This document shows, in pieces, positions 60,076 to 64,000 of a stretch of 64,000 bases of DNA (the first letter of the stretch is position 1; every line of letters begins with the position of its first letter). Under the pieces are notes generated by a model. The model saw only the letters and a list, made by a program, of their open reading frames with translations, did not search any database and had not been told where the DNA came from. Both the position numbers and the translations under genes were made by a program. This DNA is from a virus, in the IMG/VR virus record IMGVR_UViG_3300012928_003129, positions 1 to 64,000 of that record; one strand, 5' to 3'.

Positions 60076-60477
60076 ATGTTTCAACCTAGATACCCACTTA
60101 GCTTATCAGATCTTGAAGGCGCTTATGCCAGCATAAAAGATATTAAAGAGAATATAAAACAGAATGTAAAGTTTCTTTTACTTACATCTGAAGGCGAGTG
60201 GCCCGGACGCCCAGAATTAGGGGTAGGTCTAAGAAGGTTTTTGTTTACAAATTATCCATCTCAAGATTTATTACTAATACACAAAAAAATAAAAGATCAA
60301 TTTGAAAAGTATATGCCATTTGTATCAATAAGATCAGAATTGATTGATAAAGACGAAAGAGGAGAAAGTTTTATAGATAGAAACGAAATCAAGCTTGTAG
60401 TTAGATATAGTGTTCCTTCAATAAATGTTGAAGATTATATGGTCTTCAATGTATCAGAGGGTACCCAAGCGCTGTAA
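60076..60477 (+). CDS. Baseplate gp25/GPW-like protein
   Basis: IKQNVKFLLLTSEGE..PELGVGLRRFLF..KYMPFV. Confidence 0.85.
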   Translation: MFQPRYPLSLSDLEGAYASIKDIKENIKQNVKFLLLTSEGEWPGRPELGVGLRRFLFTNYPSQDLLLIHKKIKDQFEKYMPFVSIRSELIDKDERGESFIDRNEIKLVVRYSVPSINVEDYMVFNVSEGTQAL

Positions 60478-60517
60478 GTAGAAAACAGTTAACTAATTTA
60501 TAAAAGAGAATAATAAG

Positions 60518-62323
60518 ATGCCAAAAAAAATTGTACCAATTGACTATACGAGCACAGATTTCGAAAAAATAAAAAGAGATCTCGTAAATTATGCTAAAAA
60601 ATATTATCCAAATACCTATAAAGATTTCAATGAAGCATCTTTTGGTTCATTGATGACAGATCTTGTAGCTTACGTTGGTGATAATTTATCTTTTTATTTA
60701 GATTATAATGCCAACGAGTCGTTTTTAAACACAAGTTTGGAATATGATAATGTCTTAAATCACGCAAATCAACTTGGTTACAAGCATAGTCCATTTAAGT
60801 CTTCTGTTGGAGAAGTGGAAATTTTTATACCAATCCCTGCAAGTGACTCAAACGTCGCACCAGATCTAAGATATATGCCTCGTATAGCTAGGGGCACGTC
60901 TTTCTCAACGGCCGCGGGGAATGTTTTTACTTTAATAGATGATATAGAACTTTATAATGTCAACCCAGAAATTGTTGCAGATCAGGTTTCTGCAGATGGC
61001 TCAAGAGTAGTTTATTATGCAGTTAAGACTACGGGAAGAGTCGCTTCGGGCGAGGAGTCGCAAACGGTTGTAGAGGTTGGTGATTATAAGAGGTTTCTTA
61101 AAATACCAGTTCCCGGAACAAATATAACAGAAATTGTATCAATTTTAGATTCAGAAGGGAATGAGTATTTTGAGGTTGATTATTTAAGTCAAAATACTAT
61201 CTATAGACCAACGCTATCTCGCACCCAAACTGATGGCACCATCGATCCGGCTGCAGCATCTATCATGAAGCCAATCCAGGTTCCAAGGCGTTTTATAGTT
61301 GAAAGAACAGTTGATCAGGTTTATGTGATATTTGGATATGGATCGGAAGAAGAAATAAAAGATAATGTAGTTGCAGATCCATCAGATGTGGTACTGGATA
61401 TAGCCGGCAAGAATTACGTTTCTAATGCAAATTTTGATCCGTCTAAGTTGCTATCAACAGATAAATTTGGAGTAACACCTGTAAATACGAATTTGACAAT
61501 AACTTATAGAACAAATACATTAGATAATGTCAATGCTGCGGCAGGTACGATAACTAAAGTTTTATCACCAAAGATAGAATTTAGGGATGTGCAAGATCTA
61601 GAAACCGGAAAAATCAACTACATATATACAAATCTTGAAGTTAACAATCCTACGCCAATTAATGGAGATATAACAAGCCCAACAACAGAAGAGATAAAAC
61701 GCAGAGCAACAGCGACTTTCGCAATGCAAGGAAGAGCGGTCACACTTCAAGACTATGTTTCAGCTGTGTATGCAATGCCGTCTAATTTCGGGGCTATAAA
61801 ACGAGCAGCAATCTATAGAGATGACGACGACTATAGAAGAAACATGAACCTGTATTTAATAGGAGAAGATAACCAGGGAAAACTTCAGCACTGCAGTTCT
61901 GTACTTAAAGAAAATCTTAAGACTTGGTTAAATTCCGTAAGAATGGTTAATGATAGTTTGGATATGTTCGATGCGACAATCATAAATATAGGCATTGAAT
62001 TTACTGCATTGTGTCCTAGAGACGTCAACAAAAACGCGGTGTTTAATCGGGCAAAAGAAGAGATATATCGAAAAATAAATGAAGTAAAACCAGAAATTGG
62101 AGAGCCATTTAGTATTACAGAAATATTTAAAATCCTGAAGGGTGTCCCTGAGATACTAGATGTTTCTGATGTTGTGATAACTTCAAAAAGCTCTTCTTCC
62201 CACTCGTCGTATGGGCACAATATTTTGGCGAATAAGTCAATTGACGGTCGTATGATCCACATTCCAAAAGATAGTATTTGGGAATTAAAGTATAAAAACG
62301 ATATCACAGGAACAATTATATAA
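60518..62323 (+). CDS. Baseplate wedge (T4 gp6-like)
   Basis: DFEKIK..L..Y..DFNEAS..LVAYVGD..FYLD..ESFL; QGRAVTLQDY. Confidence 0.85.
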   Translation: MPKKIVPIDYTSTDFEKIKRDLVNYAKKYYPNTYKDFNEASFGSLMTDLVAYVGDNLSFYLDYNANESFLNTSLEYDNVLNHANQLGYKHSPFKSSVGEVEIFIPIPASDSNVAPDLRYMPRIARGTSFSTAAGNVFTLIDDIELYNVNPEIVADQVSADGSRVVYYAVKTTGRVASGEESQTVVEVGDYKRFLKIPVPGTNITEIVSILDSEGNEYFEVDYLSQNTIYRPTLSRTQTDGTIDPAAASIMKPIQVPRRFIVERTVDQVYVIFGYGSEEEIKDNVVADPSDVVLDIAGKNYVSNANFDPSKLLSTDKFGVTPVNTNLTITYRTNTLDNVNAAAGTITKVLSPKIEFRDVQDLETGKINYIYTNLEVNNPTPINGDITSPTTEEIKRRATATFAMQGRAVTLQDYVSAVYAMPSNFGAIKRAAIYRDDDDYRRNMNLYLIGEDNQGKLQHCSSVLKENLKTWLNSVRMVNDSLDMFDATIINIGIEFTALCPRDVNKNAVFNRAKEEIYRKINEVKPEIGEPFSITEIFKILKGVPEILDVSDVVITSKSSSSHSSYGHNILANKSIDGRMIHIPKDSIWELKYKNDITGTII

Positions 62324-64000
62324 TGTCGATAAAAAGAATAGTAGCAACAAAAGATAATACCATCTCAACAGCATTCAAGTCAAATCTTAATAATCGTGCG
62401 TCTGGCGCCAACATGGGCGCATCTGATATTTTAGAGATATTTTCTATATATGGCCACGCTAGTACTGGCTCTCTCGAGCGCGCCAGAATTTTGACGCAAT
62501 TTGCTGTAGGTGAAATTCAGACTTTAAGAAACGCATCAGAGATTCCAGCTTCGGGATCAGTCTCTTTTATATTGAAGTTGTTCAACGCAGAGCATGGACA
62601 AACTACTCCATCTGGCTATACAATTAGCGCTGCCCCTTTGGTTCGGGCATGGAACGAAGGAGAAGGGTTAGATATGGAGAGTTATCTTGATAAGGGCCCA
62701 AGTAACTGGTTTTCGGCAAGTACAGGAACACCTTGGTACAATTATGGAGGTGATTATGCATCTTCGAATTATATACATACATCACCAGTCCCTTTGCATT
62801 ATGATAAATTATTAGATTCCGGATTAGAGGATTTTGAAGTCAATATTACCCCTTTGGTTGAAGAGTGGTTGAAGCTCGAAGCAGGAACTATGGTTAATGC
62901 TACTGCATCAATTACATTAGCTAGTAACCCCCCGCAATCGGAGATAATAAATCTTTATACATATGATGGTCAAAATCATAATATTATAATCTCAACCGCG
63001 TCGGCCACTATTTCAACTAATCACTACGTTGAGCAGGGTACTACAAAAGAAGATACACTTGCCAATATAAAAACTCAATTAGATAACAATTTATCACTAA
63101 AATTATCGTCATCAGTGAGTGCTAATACTATTAATTTTTCACACGTAGCCGGAGGGTTTTATGGAAACAGTATTATATCCGCCAGTTTTGGTGATTCTGT
63201 GGGCACATTTACAAACTTTGGTGGCGGCCAAGGTGCTATAAACTATGGACTAGTGGTCAAATTGTCTGGCTCATATGAGTCTGGAGCAACTGGAAAAAGT
63301 TATTACACTAAGAAATTTTTTGCTAGGTCATCTCACCACTACTTTGAAAAGCCAATTATAGAAATTCAATGGGATGACTCTATAAAAGACGACAGATCCA
63401 GCACATATAGGTCGTCTAGTTTGGCTACTGCAGAAGAAAATTTAAACAATATCTATCTTTATAACAGGAGAAGAACCGGGTATGTGGACATACCAAATAC
63501 AGGGTCTCATTTGTTGGTTAAGTTGGTACCTTCTCCCGGGCAAGAAAGAGAGCCAGTTACAGGGCCTAGTGTTGAGAACAATTATATAACAGCAAGTAGA
63601 CATTCGAAAGGCATATACAAAGCGACCTTTTCTTACTCGGGAAGCCAGGAAACATTATATGATGTTTGGCAAAAGCATGACTCAGCTTCAGGAGCAAACA
63701 CGGAATTGTTTACAGGTTCCGCCATATCTGTTAAGGACGATTTGTCTTATTCTTATTATGAAATTCCTAACTATGTAGTGAACATAACAAATCTTAAGCC
63801 CACTTATCACCCAAGTGAAGTGGGTACATTTAGAGTTCATACTAGGGACAAAAATTGGAAACCAAACATTTATACGGTTGCTACAAGTGAAGCACCGGTA
63901 AATACGATTAGAGACGCATACTACAAGGTTTCAAGACCAGTGGATAATACAACTGTGATTGACTACTCTACTGGCAGTTCTCCAAGTTATTCTTCTTTAT
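62323..64000 (+). CDS. Structural protein, truncated by window end
   Basis: ATG overlaps the previous stop (MSIKRIVATKDNTI...); Ser/Gly/Thr-rich; appears open to 64000. Confidence 0.7.
   Translation, partial: MSIKRIVATKDNTISTAFKSNLNNRASGANMGASDILEIFSIYGHASTGSLERARILTQFAVGEIQTLRNASEIPASGSVSFILKLFNAEHGQTTPSGYTISAAPLVRAWNEGEGLDMESYLDKGPSNWFSASTGTPWYNYGGDYASSNYIHTSPVPLHYDKLLDSGLEDFEVNITPLVEEWLKLEAGTMVNATASITLASNPPQSEIINLYTYDGQNHNIIISTASATISTNHYVEQGTTKEDTLANIKTQLDNNLSLKLSSSVSANTINFSHVAGGFYGNSIISASFGDSVGTFTNFGGGQGAINYGLVVKLSGSYESGATGKSYYTKKFFARSSHHYFEKPIIEIQWDDSIKDDRSSTYRSSSLATAEENLNNIYLYNRRRTGYVDIPNTGSHLLVKLVPSPGQEREPVTGPSVENNYITASRHSKGIYKATFSYSGSQETLYDVWQKHDSASGANTELFTGSAISVKDDLSYSYYEIPNYVVNITNLKPTYHPSEVGTFRVHTRDKNWKPNIYTVATSEAPVNTIRDAYYKVSRPVDNTTVIDYSTGSSPSYSSL

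Overview
A 64-kb fragment of a large, AT-rich, tailed dsDNA phage (jumbo/huge myovirus type). It is densely coding, uses the standard genetic code, and lies on the + strand except for one lipoprotein protease gene. From left to right: (i) a non-coding tract with hairpins and phased A/T-tracts (1-376); (ii) small envelope genes, including a GltF/CglF-like gliding-motility peptide, then large late proteins with peptidoglycan-binding, SGNH-esterase and lytic-transglycosylase domains (0.4-11.9 kb); (iii) YkuK, NUDIX, Pol-beta nucleotidyltransferase, PurA, a zincin, and an RNA-ligase-like/HIGH nucleotidyltransferase fusion (11.9-20.2 kb); (iv) a host-takeover block with a mini-metallothionein, tmRNA, PiT-like transporter, CysK, TilS plus tRNA(CAU), Hc1-like protein, ClpP, PIN-PhoH and a PD-(D/E)xK nuclease (20-32.5 kb); (v) a 15-gene glycan cluster with glycosyltransferases, RmlBCD, DegT, methyl- and acyltransferases, two dioxygenases, FabH and an SDR (32.5-46 kb); (vi) a gp55-like sigma factor and the start of the baseplate module with a LysM/gp5-like protein, a 3408-aa giant, gp25-like and gp6-like genes (46.8-64 kb). 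A recurring intergenic motif ACTAnTTA behaves like a late promoter, and many genes behind it share an amphipathic, Glu-ending leader. All calls come from reading motifs by eye; no searches were run.
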